Below, one piece after another: positions 1-9,822 of a stretch of 64,000 nt of DNA. The DNA lies in the NCBI GenBank assembly GCA_963836765.1, contig CAWILG010000033.1, forward strand, positions 186,494-250,493, in the 5' to 3' direction. Numbering within the stretch: position 1 is the first letter of the stretch; each line of letters starts with the position of its first letter. The stretch comes from an uncultured Alphaproteobacteria bacterium. GTDB taxonomy: Bacteria > Pseudomonadota > Alphaproteobacteria > Rhizobiales > Xanthobacteraceae. A program made the position numbers and the translations under genes. Below the pieces are notes generated by a model, which made no database searches, was not told the origin of the DNA, and was given only the letters and a program-made list of their open reading frames with translations.

Positions 1-8
1 CCGCTACG

Positions 9-1242
9 ATGACGATCTGCTTCACCGCGGTCGAGCCAGGCCCGGCGGCCGGCGCTGAAATTCCTTCGGTAGACGGACTGAAGCGCATCACCGAATTTTT
101 CGACAATGAGATCGCCACCGGGAAATTGCCGGGCGCCGTTGTCCTGATCCAGCAGCACGGCAAGCCGGTCTATCTCAAATGTCTCGGCGTCCGTGACATC
201 GCGACCAATCTTCCGATGACGCCGGATACGATCTTTGCGCTGCACTCGATGACGAAGCCCATAACCAGCGTCGCGGCGATGATGCTGGTCGATGCCGGCA
301 AGCTCGCACTGTCGGATCCCGCGTCAATATACATTCCGGGATTTGCCGAAGTGAAGGTCGGCGTCAGTTCCGTCGCCGCGGATGGAACGCGCGTTCTGAA
401 GCTGGTGCCGGTGGACCGGCCGGTTACTATCGCGGATCTGCTGCGGCACACCTCGGGCATCACCTACGACTATATCGGCGGCAAGCTGATCGACAGGGCC
501 TATTCGGAATCGGGCCTGTTCGACGGGCAGTTCGACAACAAGGTGTTTGCCGAGCGCATCTCCAGACTGCCGCTGGCACGACAGCCCGGCATGCTGTGGC
601 GCTACGGCCATTCGACCGACGTCGTCGGCCGCATCATCGAGATTGTCTCCGGGCAAAGCCTCTATCAATTCGAAAAACAGCACATCTTCGATCCGCTCGG
701 CATGACCAGCACCAAATTCGTACTCGACAGCGCCGACGAACGTGCCCGGATGGCGGAGCCCCTGCCCAATGACACGATCCTGAAAGCCGCGGAGGCCGAC
801 CGTCGCGCGCATCCGGAATGGGAGTTCGGGCGGCGGCGGATTGGTCTCGACGCTGAACGACTATGCGCGCTTTGCGCAAATGATTCTCAACCGCGGGCAA
901 TTCGGCCGCAAGCGCTATCTCAGCATGCGCGCCTTCACGTCGATGACGACCGACCATATCGGGCCCGGCTCCGGGGTAGCGCGCGATTATTACTATTTCC
1001 CGGGCGATGGCTTTGGCTACGGTTACGGCCTTGCGGTGCGCACCGACCCCGGCAACGCCAAACCGCCGCCGCCGGGTTCAATCGGCGAACTGAAATGGGA
1101 CAGCGGCAGCGGGACCTATTTCGGCGTCGATCCGAAACTGGACATGGTCTACATCCTGCTGGAGCAGACCCAGAATGAACGCGGACGCATTACGCCCGCG
1201 TTCAAGAAACTGGTCTACGACGCATTCGGCGTTGTGAATTGA
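9..1242 (+). CDS. Serine hydrolase, beta-lactamase class C-like (EstB family); one frameshift near 835; start may lie upstream of window
   Basis: SxxK motif (HSMTKP), LLRHTSG, YG-x-S-x-D; sequence resumes as (G)LVSTLNDYARF in the frame of ORF 841..1242. Confidence 0.85.
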
Positions 1243-1364
1243 TATTGCAGACGCGCCAGTATGTCTTCGGCGCATGACGGATAACGCCCACGAAACAGGC
1301 TGTCGGCTGCGGCATCAAGAGGCCGCGGGCAGTTAACCCGCGACCTCATCACTGGCTTCTCGGC

Positions 1365-2678
1365 CTATCTTTCGGCGCGCTCGTCCCTGTGTTCCCCGTT
1401 TCCATAGACCGCGATGCATCCGGTCAGGCAGTTGGGGAACACATTATTTGCGCCAAGCGGCACAAACACATGGTTGTTGTCGGCATTGGCGGCCACCGAA
1501 TGGGCGGTGCTCGCGGCATGAAGGAGCGGTCCCGTGGTTACCGCGGGCGTGTTGAAGGTGGGCACCAGTTGCTTGACGGATTTCTCGCGCGCATCGATGA
1601 CGCCGAGGATTGCTGCTCCCTGAGCGGTCAGGGGTGCGGCGACCACCTCGGTCGGACGCAACGGGCTGGTCGAGGACGCTGTGTAGTAATTTCCGTCACC
1701 CTTGTTGAACCATACCTCGTCGCCAACGCCGACGCCGGGCACGATCTTGTCGATTGCACCCGTCCTGGCGTCGAGAATCACCTGAATCGGCGCCGCGGTC
1801 ACGTTCTTGGTCGAATCCCAGACACCGCCGTCGGTGCCAAACACCGTGTTGCAGCCGGCGAGCAGATCGAGGTTCGGGCCCAGGGTAAGGCCGGCCGGTT
1901 GACAGAACTGGATCGGATATTGAGCCTCTACCGTACCGGCAGGCGATATCCGGATGACCGCCCCGTCTTTGACATTCGGGCCAACCTGCGGGATCGACAG
2001 GTAGAACTTGCCCGTCACCGGTTCCCACACCGGTTGCTCGGCGCCATTGGTCGCGTCGACCCCGGTATGTGCGATGTCGAGCGTTACGCGTTTTCCGACG
2101 GTGAGAGCACCGGTCGTCTTGTTGACGCTGATCAGCGTCCCAAAGGGCGGCGTGTCGGCGTTGTTGGCGGCAAGCAGCAGGCCGTCGTCGGCGTCATACG
2201 CCAATTCGTCTCCGCGCAGGCCCGGTGCGCCGCCGGTAGACACGTCGCCGACCGTTTTGCCGGTCCTTAAATCGATCGAGACCACGCGGCTGTTGGCGTC
2301 GGTCACAAAGAGCCACGGAAACGCCGCAACGACCCCGTTGGGCCCGGAGGTGCCGTTGTTGCCGGTAAAGCCCTTGAACGGCGGCGTGGCGCTGATTTGG
2401 GAAATCAGCGTGTTGTTTCTTGCATCGACGACATCGACGACGGCGTTGGAGCGATCGGCCAGATAATAAGTCTGCGTCGCCTGATCGACGAAGCTGATGT
2501 CGAACACGTACATATTGCCGCCGGTTGTGTTCGCCTTCGTTCCGGGGATGGGAACGGTCGTCAGAAGACGGACGGCTCCTCCCCCTCCTTCGCGGTCCAT
2601 CGCGAATGCGTTGGTTCCAAGCGTCGCTGCGGCCAGCAGGCCGATTGCGGTGCACAACAATGTTCGATTTTTAGGCAT
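1365..2678 (-). CDS. Secreted hypothetical protein, probable beta-propeller (YVTN/YncE-like)
   Basis: Signal peptide MPKNRTLLCTAIGLLAAATLGTNAFA; repeated beta-strand units; 445-aa ORF with native codon usage. Confidence 0.65.
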   Translation of the reverse strand: MPKNRTLLCTAIGLLAAATLGTNAFAMDREGGGGAVRLLTTVPIPGTKANTTGGNMYVFDISFVDQATQTYYLADRSNAVVDVVDARNNTLISQISATPPFKGFTGNNGTSGPNGVVAAFPWLFVTDANSRVVSIDLRTGKTVGDVSTGGAPGLRGDELAYDADDGLLLAANNADTPPFGTLISVNKTTGALTVGKRVTLDIAHTGVDATNGAEQPVWEPVTGKFYLSIPQVGPNVKDGAVIRISPAGTVEAQYPIQFCQPAGLTLGPNLDLLAGCNTVFGTDGGVWDSTKNVTAAPIQVILDARTGAIDKIVPGVGVGDEVWFNKGDGNYYTASSTSPLRPTEVVAAPLTAQGAAILGVIDAREKSVKQLVPTFNTPAVTTGPLLHAASTAHSVAANADNNHVFVPLGANNVFPNCLTGCIAVYGNGEHRDERAER

Positions 2679-2845
2679 TGTTTCGCTCCCCTTTTTTATC
2701 AAGCCGGTTCTTCCGGCTCGCTGGCATACAACTAAAGGTTTATGTCCGTTTTTGGATTGCCGGGCCGGCAGCGGTGCATGGAACTCGCGTTATTTCGAAT
2801 ATCAAATCGATGCGTCCACCGGCATGCCGCCGTCACATCTGGTCA

Positions 2846-2880
2846 TTTGACACTTCATTCAATTCTGTCAAAATTGTCAA
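2846..2880 (+). promoter_or_regulatory. Putative sigma70 promoter overlapped by a TetR operator (TTTGACA-N13-TGTCAAA)
   Basis: Inverted repeat at 2846-2852 / 2866-2872, extra TTGTCAA at 2874-2880, directly before the TetR ATG. Confidence 0.55.
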
Positions 2881-3540
2881 ATGAGCACCCGTGACCGCAT
2901 TCTCGGCGCCGCGATGACCGTGTTTCGTCACCACGGCTTCCGGCGATCGTCGATCGAGCAGGCGGCGGAGGCCGCGGGGCTAACGCGGCAGGCGCTGTAT
3001 CATCATTTCAAGTCCAAGGAAGCGCTATTCCGCGCCGTGATCGAGCGGCTGCATGAGAGCGCGCTCGCCGCCGAGATCGCCGCCGCCCAGGCCGCGGAAA
3101 AGGCAGGCCTCGGGCTTGCCGATATCCTGATCGCCGAGGTTTCCGGACGGCTCGGGCAGTTGCTCGCGTCGCTCGAGGGCTCGCCCCATATCGAGGAGCT
3201 GTTCTCCGAGCATCTCGTTCATGGCCGCGACCTCTATCAGAAATATGCGGTGCTCTATGCCGAGGCGCTGGTGGCGACGATCGAGAAGGTCTGCCGCAAG
3301 CAGCGGCTGATCCCCCGCGACGGCATGACGGCGCCGGAACTGGCGCGGTGCGTCGAGATGGCCGTCAACGGCGCCAAGTCGATGCATCCGGCGATGCAGC
3401 CGCGCGACGCGTTCCTGGCCGATCTCGCCATCCTGCTGCGCACGCTGGTCGCCGGCGCCGTCGCACCACCGAAACCGCGTCCCGCAAAACCAACGCCTGC
3501 GAAAAAATCCGTCCGCCGCAAATCTGGAGATCGCAAATGA
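2881..3540 (+). CDS. TetR/AcrR family transcriptional regulator
   Basis: N-terminal HTH RILGAAMTVFRHHGF...AAGLTRQALYHHFKSKEALF. Confidence 0.95.
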   Translation: MSTRDRILGAAMTVFRHHGFRRSSIEQAAEAAGLTRQALYHHFKSKEALFRAVIERLHESALAAEIAAAQAAEKAGLGLADILIAEVSGRLGQLLASLEGSPHIEELFSEHLVHGRDLYQKYAVLYAEALVATIEKVCRKQRLIPRDGMTAPELARCVEMAVNGAKSMHPAMQPRDAFLADLAILLRTLVAGAVAPPKPRPAKPTPAKKSVRRKSGDRK

Positions 3541-6215
3541 GCACCATGACGATCAACGGCCGCACAGCCCCCCTCCCCGACGATCCCGACGCGCTCCTCA
3601 TCGACGTCGTGCGCGATGCGCAGGGCCTCACCGGAACAAAACTCGTCTGCGGCGCCGGCGTCTGCGGCGCCTGCACCGTGCTGGTCGACGGCGCGCCGGT
3701 CGTTAGCTGCCTGATGCCCGCGCGCCATGCCGCGGATAAATCGGTCACAACCGTGGAAGGGATCGGCGCGACCAAACTGCATCCGGTGCAGAAGGCGTTC
3801 ATGGCGCACGACGCCCTGCAATGCGGGTTCTGCACGCCGGGCTTCATCGTCGAGGCCGCGGCATTTCACGATCGCTGGCGCGCAACGAAGGGAACGGCGG
3901 TGCCGTCGCGCGAGGACATCGGCGCGGCGCTGTCGGGCCATCTGTGCCGCTGCGGCGCCTATGACGGGATTTTTCGCGCGGTCGCGGCCGCTTGCTCCGG
4001 CCAGTTCGATGGCGACAATTTTGCCTCGCCGCGCGTCGAGGCCCGCGCCAAGGTCACGGGGTCGGCAAAATACACCGTCGACATCCATCATGACGGTCAG
4101 CTCGAAGGCGTGATCCTGCGCTCGCAGCTGGCGCATGCGCGGATTGGCGAAATCGATCTGGCGCCGGCGCGCGCGATCTCGGGCGTCGGTGCTGCGATCT
4201 CGCTGCTCGGCGACGACCGCATGGTGCGCTATGTCGGCCAGCCGATCGCAGCGGTCGCGGCAAAGGACCGCAAGACTGCGTTGGCCGCGATTGCCGCCAT
4301 CAAGATCAAGAGCGAACCGCTGCCGTCGGTGATCGGCCTCGATGCCGCGCGCAAGCCGGGTGCTGCGATCGTATTCGACAAGGCAAATCGCAAGAAGGCC
4401 GCCAACGTCTCCGAGGGCGCCGGCGGACCGGCGGCCTGGAACGGCAATATCCGGGGTCCGTCGGCGGCGTTTTCGCAAAAGGCCAAGAAGGCGCGCAACT
4501 GGATCTGCGAGGCGCGCACGGCCAAAAATCCATGGCTGGTCGAGGAAATTTTTCGCACCGGCACGCAATCGCATGCCTGCCTCGAACCGCACGCCACCGT
4601 CGCGCGCTTCGATGGCGATGCACTGACCGTGCACGCCTCGACCCAAAACGTGTTTCACGTGATGGAGCTGCTGGCCAAACGCTACAAGCTCGCGCACGAC
4701 AAGATCCGCGTCATCGCCGATCATGTCGGCGGCGGTTTTGGCTCCAAGGGCGCGCTCGGCATCGAGACCACGGCGGCAATCGATCTCGCGCGCGAGGCGA
4801 AAGCGCCGGTCCGGATCGCCTATGACCGGCACGAGGAGCTCGCCGTCTCCGGCTACCGGCCGGCGGCGGAGATCAAGATCGCGTTGCTGCCCTCAGCGGA
4901 AGGCGCCTTCAAGGCGCTGTCGCTGACCGCGCATGCCGACACCGGTGCTGCGACCAACTCGACGCTGGCGGCACTCGCCCGGCTGATCTATCCGGCCGAG
5001 GCCAAGGAACTCGTCGACTTCGACGTCATCAGCAATTTGCCGCCCGGCGCGCCGTTCCGCGGCCCCGGCGGACCGCCGATGGCGTTCGCGCTGGAGCAGG
5101 CGATCGACGAAGCGGCGCTGCGGATGAAAGTCGATCCGATCGCATTGCGCAAACGCTGGGATCCCTATCCCAACCGGCAGCGGCTGTACGACTGGGCCGC
5201 TTCGCTCGATGCCTGGCGCAACAAGAAAACCCCGGAGTCGCAGACCGGCCGCTATCGGCGCGGCGTCGGGGTTGCCACCGGCTACTGGCTCTATATCTGG
5301 CAGCCCGGCTCCAAGGTCGATCTTGCCGTCGTCGGCGGACACCTCGTCGCAAGCTGCTCGACGCAGGACATCGGCCAGGGCAGCCGCACCGTGATCGCCA
5401 ACACCGTGGCGCGCGAATTCGGGCTCGAGCCGCACGAGGTCGAGGTGCGGATCGGCGCTTCCGATCTGCCGGAAGGTCCGGGCGCGGGCGGCAGCCGCTC
5501 GACCGCCTCGATGATCCCGCCGGCGCTGCTCGCCGCGCAGAAGCTCAAGGCTGCGATCGAACAGAATTCAAAACGGCAACCGGTCCCTGGCTCGAATGCG
5601 CCGTGGCGGGAATTGCTCGCAGCCTCGCCCGAACTCAGCGTGTCCGCCACCCGGCCCGAGGACGACAAACGCGTGCGCTCGACGCTGAAGGATGCTGGCG
5701 TGATGGGAACGATCTTCGGCTGGATGCTGCGCCGCTTCTCCAACCTTGCGGTCGGCGGCGGCGTGCCGAGCTCGGTGCAGGTGATCGAGGTTGAGGTCGA
5801 TACCTGGCTCGGCCATGTCCGCGCGCTCAATGTTCACACCGGCATCGCGGTCGGCAAGGTCGCAGCGCCTGCGCTGGCGCACAGCCAGGCGGCGGGATCG
5901 GTCATCCAGGGCCTCGGCTACGCGCTCTACGAGGCGCGCGAAACCGACGCACGCACCGGCGATATCCTCACCGCGGGCATGGAGGATTACCGGATCCCCG
6001 GCATTGCCGACATTCCCGAGATCGATGTGCATTTCGACGAAGGCGGTTTCGACCATGTGCTCGGCGGCAGCGTCGGCATCGGCGAGGTCGCGACCGTGCC
6101 GACCTCGCCCGCGCTCGCCAACGCCATCCGCAACGCGACCGGCATCCGGCTGACCGAAATTCCGATCCGGCCCGATCGCCTGATTGCCGCGCTGAAAGGG
6201 AGGACCGCCGCATGA
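3537..6215 (+). CDS. Xanthine/aldehyde dehydrogenase family molybdopterin subunit fused to an N-terminal 2x[2Fe-2S] domain
   Basis: GTKLVCGAGVCGACTVLVDG and QCGFCTPG, then GGGFGSK, FRGPG, QDIGQGSRT, GIGEVATVP; ATGA overlap with tetR stop. Confidence 0.92.
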   Translation: MSTMTINGRTAPLPDDPDALLIDVVRDAQGLTGTKLVCGAGVCGACTVLVDGAPVVSCLMPARHAADKSVTTVEGIGATKLHPVQKAFMAHDALQCGFCTPGFIVEAAAFHDRWRATKGTAVPSREDIGAALSGHLCRCGAYDGIFRAVAAACSGQFDGDNFASPRVEARAKVTGSAKYTVDIHHDGQLEGVILRSQLAHARIGEIDLAPARAISGVGAAISLLGDDRMVRYVGQPIAAVAAKDRKTALAAIAAIKIKSEPLPSVIGLDAARKPGAAIVFDKANRKKAANVSEGAGGPAAWNGNIRGPSAAFSQKAKKARNWICEARTAKNPWLVEEIFRTGTQSHACLEPHATVARFDGDALTVHASTQNVFHVMELLAKRYKLAHDKIRVIADHVGGGFGSKGALGIETTAAIDLAREAKAPVRIAYDRHEELAVSGYRPAAEIKIALLPSAEGAFKALSLTAHADTGAATNSTLAALARLIYPAEAKELVDFDVISNLPPGAPFRGPGGPPMAFALEQAIDEAALRMKVDPIALRKRWDPYPNRQRLYDWAASLDAWRNKKTPESQTGRYRRGVGVATGYWLYIWQPGSKVDLAVVGGHLVASCSTQDIGQGSRTVIANTVAREFGLEPHEVEVRIGASDLPEGPGAGGSRSTASMIPPALLAAQKLKAAIEQNSKRQPVPGSNAPWRELLAASPELSVSATRPEDDKRVRSTLKDAGVMGTIFGWMLRRFSNLAVGGGVPSSVQVIEVEVDTWLGHVRALNVHTGIAVGKVAAPALAHSQAAGSVIQGLGYALYEARETDARTGDILTAGMEDYRIPGIADIPEIDVHFDEGGFDHVLGGSVGIGEVATVPTSPALANAIRNATGIRLTEIPIRPDRLIAALKGRTAA

Positions 6216-7129
6216 CATCCGCAGCCATTCATGCCGCCGAATTCCGCGCCGCTGGCACCGATCTCTCCGAACGCCGCCGCAGCGGCGTCTCGACGGGGCC
6301 GCTGATCGATATCGCTGCAGCACCGGATTTGACCAGCATGCATTGGGGCGCGGACGGGACGCTGCGCATCGGCGCCTTCACCACCATCGCCGCGATTGCC
6401 GCCGACACCGCCATCGCTGCCGCATATCCCGGCGTTGCGGCGGCGGCCCTGGGTCTGGCGACGCCGCAGGTCCGTCATCTCGCCACCCTCGGCGGCAACC
6501 TCGCGCAGCGTTCACGCTGCTGGTATTTCCGCAATCCGCATATCGACTGCCTGAAGAAGGGCGGCACCGATTGTCCGGCGCGATCGGGCAATCATCTCTA
6601 TGGCGTCGCGTTCGATCTCGGCCCCTGCGTGGCGCCGCATCCCTCCACCATGGCTGCGGCGCTGTTGGCCTATGACGCCTCCGTCGTCACCGACCACCGG
6701 GACCGGCTGACGATCGGCGAGGCTTTTGGCGACGGCTCCAACGGTGCCGCCGACAATGCGCTAAAGCCGGGCGAGATGATCAGGGGTGTCGAACTCCCGG
6801 CGCCGCTGCCGAACGAGCGCGCGCGCTACAAGCGCGCCATCAGCCGCAGCTATGCCGAGTGGCCGCTGGTCGAAGTATGCGCGCGCGCGGTCATCACGGA
6901 TGGCGCATTCCAGTTCATCCGGCTCACCGCCGGCGGCATCGCACCGGTGCCGCTGCTTCTATCGGCGTCCGAAGCGGTGTTGCAAGGCAAGCCCGCCAGC
7001 GCCGCCAACATCGCAACCGCCGCCAGGCAAGCGACGACGGGTGCAAAACCGCTGCCGATGACCGGCTACAAGCTCGATCTGCTGGAAGGCGTGGTGCGGG
7101 ATGTTTTGGAGCAGCTGGGGGCTTCGTAG
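6212..7129 (+). CDS. Xanthine dehydrogenase family FAD-binding subunit (PaoB/YagS-like)
   Basis: AAGTDL, ATLGGNLAQRSRCWYFR, CLKKGGTDC, CVAPHPS; overlaps upstream stop. Confidence 0.92.
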   Translation: MTSAAIHAAEFRAAGTDLSERRRSGVSTGPLIDIAAAPDLTSMHWGADGTLRIGAFTTIAAIAADTAIAAAYPGVAAAALGLATPQVRHLATLGGNLAQRSRCWYFRNPHIDCLKKGGTDCPARSGNHLYGVAFDLGPCVAPHPSTMAAALLAYDASVVTDHRDRLTIGEAFGDGSNGAADNALKPGEMIRGVELPAPLPNERARYKRAISRSYAEWPLVEVCARAVITDGAFQFIRLTAGGIAPVPLLLSASEAVLQGKPASAANIATAARQATTGAKPLPMTGYKLDLLEGVVRDVLEQLGAS

Positions 7130-7153
7130 GGTGGGCCGCGCCACCATCTATGC

Positions 7154-7236
7154 CGTCATTGCGAGCAAAGCGAAGCAATCCATCGTGCAACAAAGCAAGT
7201 CTGGATTGCTTCGGCGCTTCGCTCCTCGCAATGACG
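7154..7236. repeat. CGTC-tagged palindromic repeat (long form), copy 1 of 4
   Basis: Terminal IR cgtcattgcgag / ctcgcaatgacg with inner gaagcaatcc / ggattgcttc. Confidence 0.9.
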
Positions 7237-7275
7237 TCGTTCTAATTTCAAATGTCCGGCGAACTCTCGGAGCCC

Positions 7276-8097
7276 TCAATTCGCCGACGCCACCGGCGTG
7301 GCGGCTGAGGCGTCCGGATCGAAGCCGAACACGCCGACCAGATATTTGAAATATTCGGGCTGCTTTTCTTTCAGGTTGGCCCGCGTGTTGGGCTCATGGA
7401 CCGCGTCCTTGCCGGCCAGGAACAGGCTCGCGGTGACCGCGAAGAACTCCTTGTGGTTCTTCATCAGGTAGGCATCCTTGTCATACAGCCCCTTGGCCTT
7501 GGCCTGGCCGTAGAAGTCCTTGATGCCCCTGTTCTCGAAACCGTTCGGCATCAGCTTGGCGTGGTAGACGTGGAGGAACTCGTGCAGCATGACCGGGTCA
7601 TCCGCATACTTCATCATCGCCGGACGGAACATGACGACACCGCGCCCGGAATCGACGGCGAGGTCGACCAGATCCGGATTGCTCCATTGCGCCTTGTCGT
7701 GATCCCAGGTCGTCACCCCGCGCGTATGACGGTCCCTGGTGGGTACCGACAAGCCGTAGCATGCCGCGGCGGCGGCTTCGTCCAGGCAGGCCATCTCGCT
7801 CGCGACGATCGGCACCGAGCGGAAATACTGCAGCACTTTTGGGCTCAGGCCAACGCTCTCGACGACGTCGAGCTGACGCCGCAGCATGTCGGCGAGGGCT
7901 GTGACATCCTTGCGTTCCGAATTTTCGGAAAGGTCGAAAACGTAACCGTGATAGGTTTCGTAGCCCGATGCCGGCGCCGCGGCGGCTGGCCGGTCATTGG
8001 CCTGGGGATCAACCTGAATGACCCGGGCACCCGCGCTTGCGAAATCGGGGGCCAACGAAAAAATGACGACGATTGAACTCAGCAGCACCCTGCGCAT
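7276..8097 (-). CDS. Secreted zincin-like metallopeptidase (HExxH)
   Basis: Signal-like N-terminus; MLHEFLHVYH and downstream NHKEFFAVTAS. Confidence 0.65.
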   Translation of the reverse strand: MRRVLLSSIVVIFSLAPDFASAGARVIQVDPQANDRPAAAAPASGYETYHGYVFDLSENSERKDVTALADMLRRQLDVVESVGLSPKVLQYFRSVPIVASEMACLDEAAAAACYGLSVPTRDRHTRGVTTWDHDKAQWSNPDLVDLAVDSGRGVVMFRPAMMKYADDPVMLHEFLHVYHAKLMPNGFENRGIKDFYGQAKAKGLYDKDAYLMKNHKEFFAVTASLFLAGKDAVHEPNTRANLKEKQPEYFKYLVGVFGFDPDASAATPVASAN

Positions 8098-8374
8098 GAT
8101 GTAACCCCTACCGCGATCCATTGGCTTCGGCGACCGGTCGGCCATGACGACGGGCCGACGCCGGTTGTCGGGCCGCGATCGTACCAACGCGCCGTTGCGG
8201 CACTGTTAATTTCCGTTCCCGCGCAACTTCGCCGGCGTTATCGCCACATTAACCACGCCACGCTGGACAGGACGGCGCGGCAGGGTGACAATCCCGGCAA
8301 GGCAACCGGCATTGCAGGGTCTGCACATGAGAAGCGCCAAGAAAACTGACGTGAGAACCGCCGTGGGAACCGCC

Positions 8375-8674
8375 ATGAGAAACGCATCGGCTCCGATCGC
8401 CGCCGTCGTTCTGGCCGCGATCGCCATGTCCGTGCCCGAACCGGCGCACGCGCGCGTACTCTGGCCCGATGTGCCCTACGAGATCGGCGTGCGCCGGATC
8501 GGCAGCATCGGCGAGGTTCCCTTTCGCTGCAGCGACGGGCCCGCCTTTAACTATTACCACGGCGGCTTTTACGACGTGCCGCCGGCGCTCTATCGCGGCT
8601 ACGTTTACCGGCCGTATTATCGCTACACCGCCTATCGCGTGATTCCGCGAAAATATTTCTGCACCGAGTGGTAG
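8375..8674 (+). CDS. Small secreted hypothetical protein
   Basis: Signal peptide ending PAHA; Tyr/Gly-rich C-terminus. Confidence 0.65.
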   Translation: MRNASAPIAAVVLAAIAMSVPEPAHARVLWPDVPYEIGVRRIGSIGEVPFRCSDGPAFNYYHGGFYDVPPALYRGYVYRPYYRYTAYRVIPRKYFCTEW

Positions 8675-8711
8675 CGCCGGTCGCAGCAACCGCTGCCAAC
8701 AGGTTTGCCCG

Positions 8712-9158
8712 ATGCCTGCCGCCCGACTTGCCGATGCCGCCGATCTCGACGCGCTGCTGGCGCTGTTTGCGGCCTCCGACGTCAGCCGCGCCGCGGAGCC
8801 ACGCGCGAAGGCCGAACGGATCTGGCGGGAGACGCTGTCGCGCGAGGGCGTTGCGGTTTTTGTTTCGGCAGATGCAGCCATCGTCTCGACCTGTATGCTC
8901 ATTACGGTGCCGAACCTGCTGCGCGGCGGCCGCCAGCATGGGATCATTGAAAACGTCGTCACGCATCCGGATTTTCAGGGACGCGGCCATGGCCGCGCGG
9001 TGATCGTGGCGGCCATGGCCGAAGCCTGGAAGCGGGATTGCCACCACGTCCTGCTGCAAAGCGGCCGGGCCGACCCGCGCGTCCATCGGTTCTACGAAGC
9101 ATGCGGCTTTGTCCCGGGGCTGCGCACCGCCTACGCCGCGCGTCGTCCGGCCGATTAG
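8712..9158 (+). CDS. GNAT family N-acetyltransferase
   Basis: IENVVTHPDFQGRGHG acetyl-CoA motif; HRFYEACGF. Confidence 0.92.
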   Translation: MPAARLADAADLDALLALFAASDVSRAAEPRAKAERIWRETLSREGVAVFVSADAAIVSTCMLITVPNLLRGGRQHGIIENVVTHPDFQGRGHGRAVIVAAMAEAWKRDCHHVLLQSGRADPRVHRFYEACGFVPGLRTAYAARRPAD

Positions 9159-9252
9159 GCCGCGCAGCGTGCCCGATCCGGCCCAAGACAAATGCCACCA
9201 TCTGGCGTAAAAGGCTCTACGGCAGGCGGAAAACCATTCGATGGTGGCCCCG

Positions 9253-9480
9253 ATGAAAAAGCCAGTTCTCTCAATCGACGAGCCGGAGCCCAGGAAGGCG
9301 CCACGCGCCGATCGCCCACCTACGGAAGGCTTCGTGGTGGTCGTCGACGGGCATTTCAAATCGGAATTCGACACGGTCGATGCTGCGGAGGCATCGGGCC
9401 GGAAACTGAAATCGGCCTATCCGATGCTTCAGATCGAAATCTATGACGCCGCCAAGATGGTCCGCACTTTGTTGAGCTAG
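9253..9480 (+). CDS. Small hypothetical protein
   Basis: ORF with native codon usage; FVVVVDGHFKSEF...LKSAYPMLQIEIYDA. Confidence 0.65.
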   Translation: MKKPVLSIDEPEPRKAPRADRPPTEGFVVVVDGHFKSEFDTVDAAEASGRKLKSAYPMLQIEIYDAAKMVRTLLS

Positions 9481-9529
9481 CAAAGCCGAACAAGCAAAGT
9501 TTCGCCATCGTCATGACAAGGAGCGGAGC

Positions 9530-9814
9530 ATGGCTCTCCTCAAACGGGAATTGCATCGTCGGGTCAAAGGGCCGGAAATCACCCATGCCGATCGCTGCAC
9601 CCTGGTGTTCGATACCGACAGCAAGCAACTCTATGTCGAACGCGAGGTCGCGCATCTGGAAGCAAATCCCGGCGGCACGATCGAACTCCAGACCGTCACG
9701 ATGGATATTGCGGATTACCTGACCCAGGGCGGACAGACCGCCGGCCACCGCGAGCTATGGCGCCTGCTCAGATCGCTGTTCGACGAGCGCGGCGATCCCG
9801 CATCCGAGGATTGA
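9530..9814 (+). CDS. Small hypothetical protein
   Basis: 94-aa ORF, RBS ggag upstream, native codon usage. Confidence 0.65.
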   Translation: MALLKRELHRRVKGPEITHADRCTLVFDTDSKQLYVEREVAHLEANPGGTIELQTVTMDIADYLTQGGQTAGHRELWRLLRSLFDERGDPASED

Positions 9815-9822
9815 CGTTACCT

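Noticed and set aside
3348-3536. Extended N-termini given by the ORF track (e.g. 3348, 11179, 22095, 52947, 54717)
   Set aside because: They overlap upstream genes or lack homology-like content. Downstream starts with an RBS or stop-start overlap were used instead.
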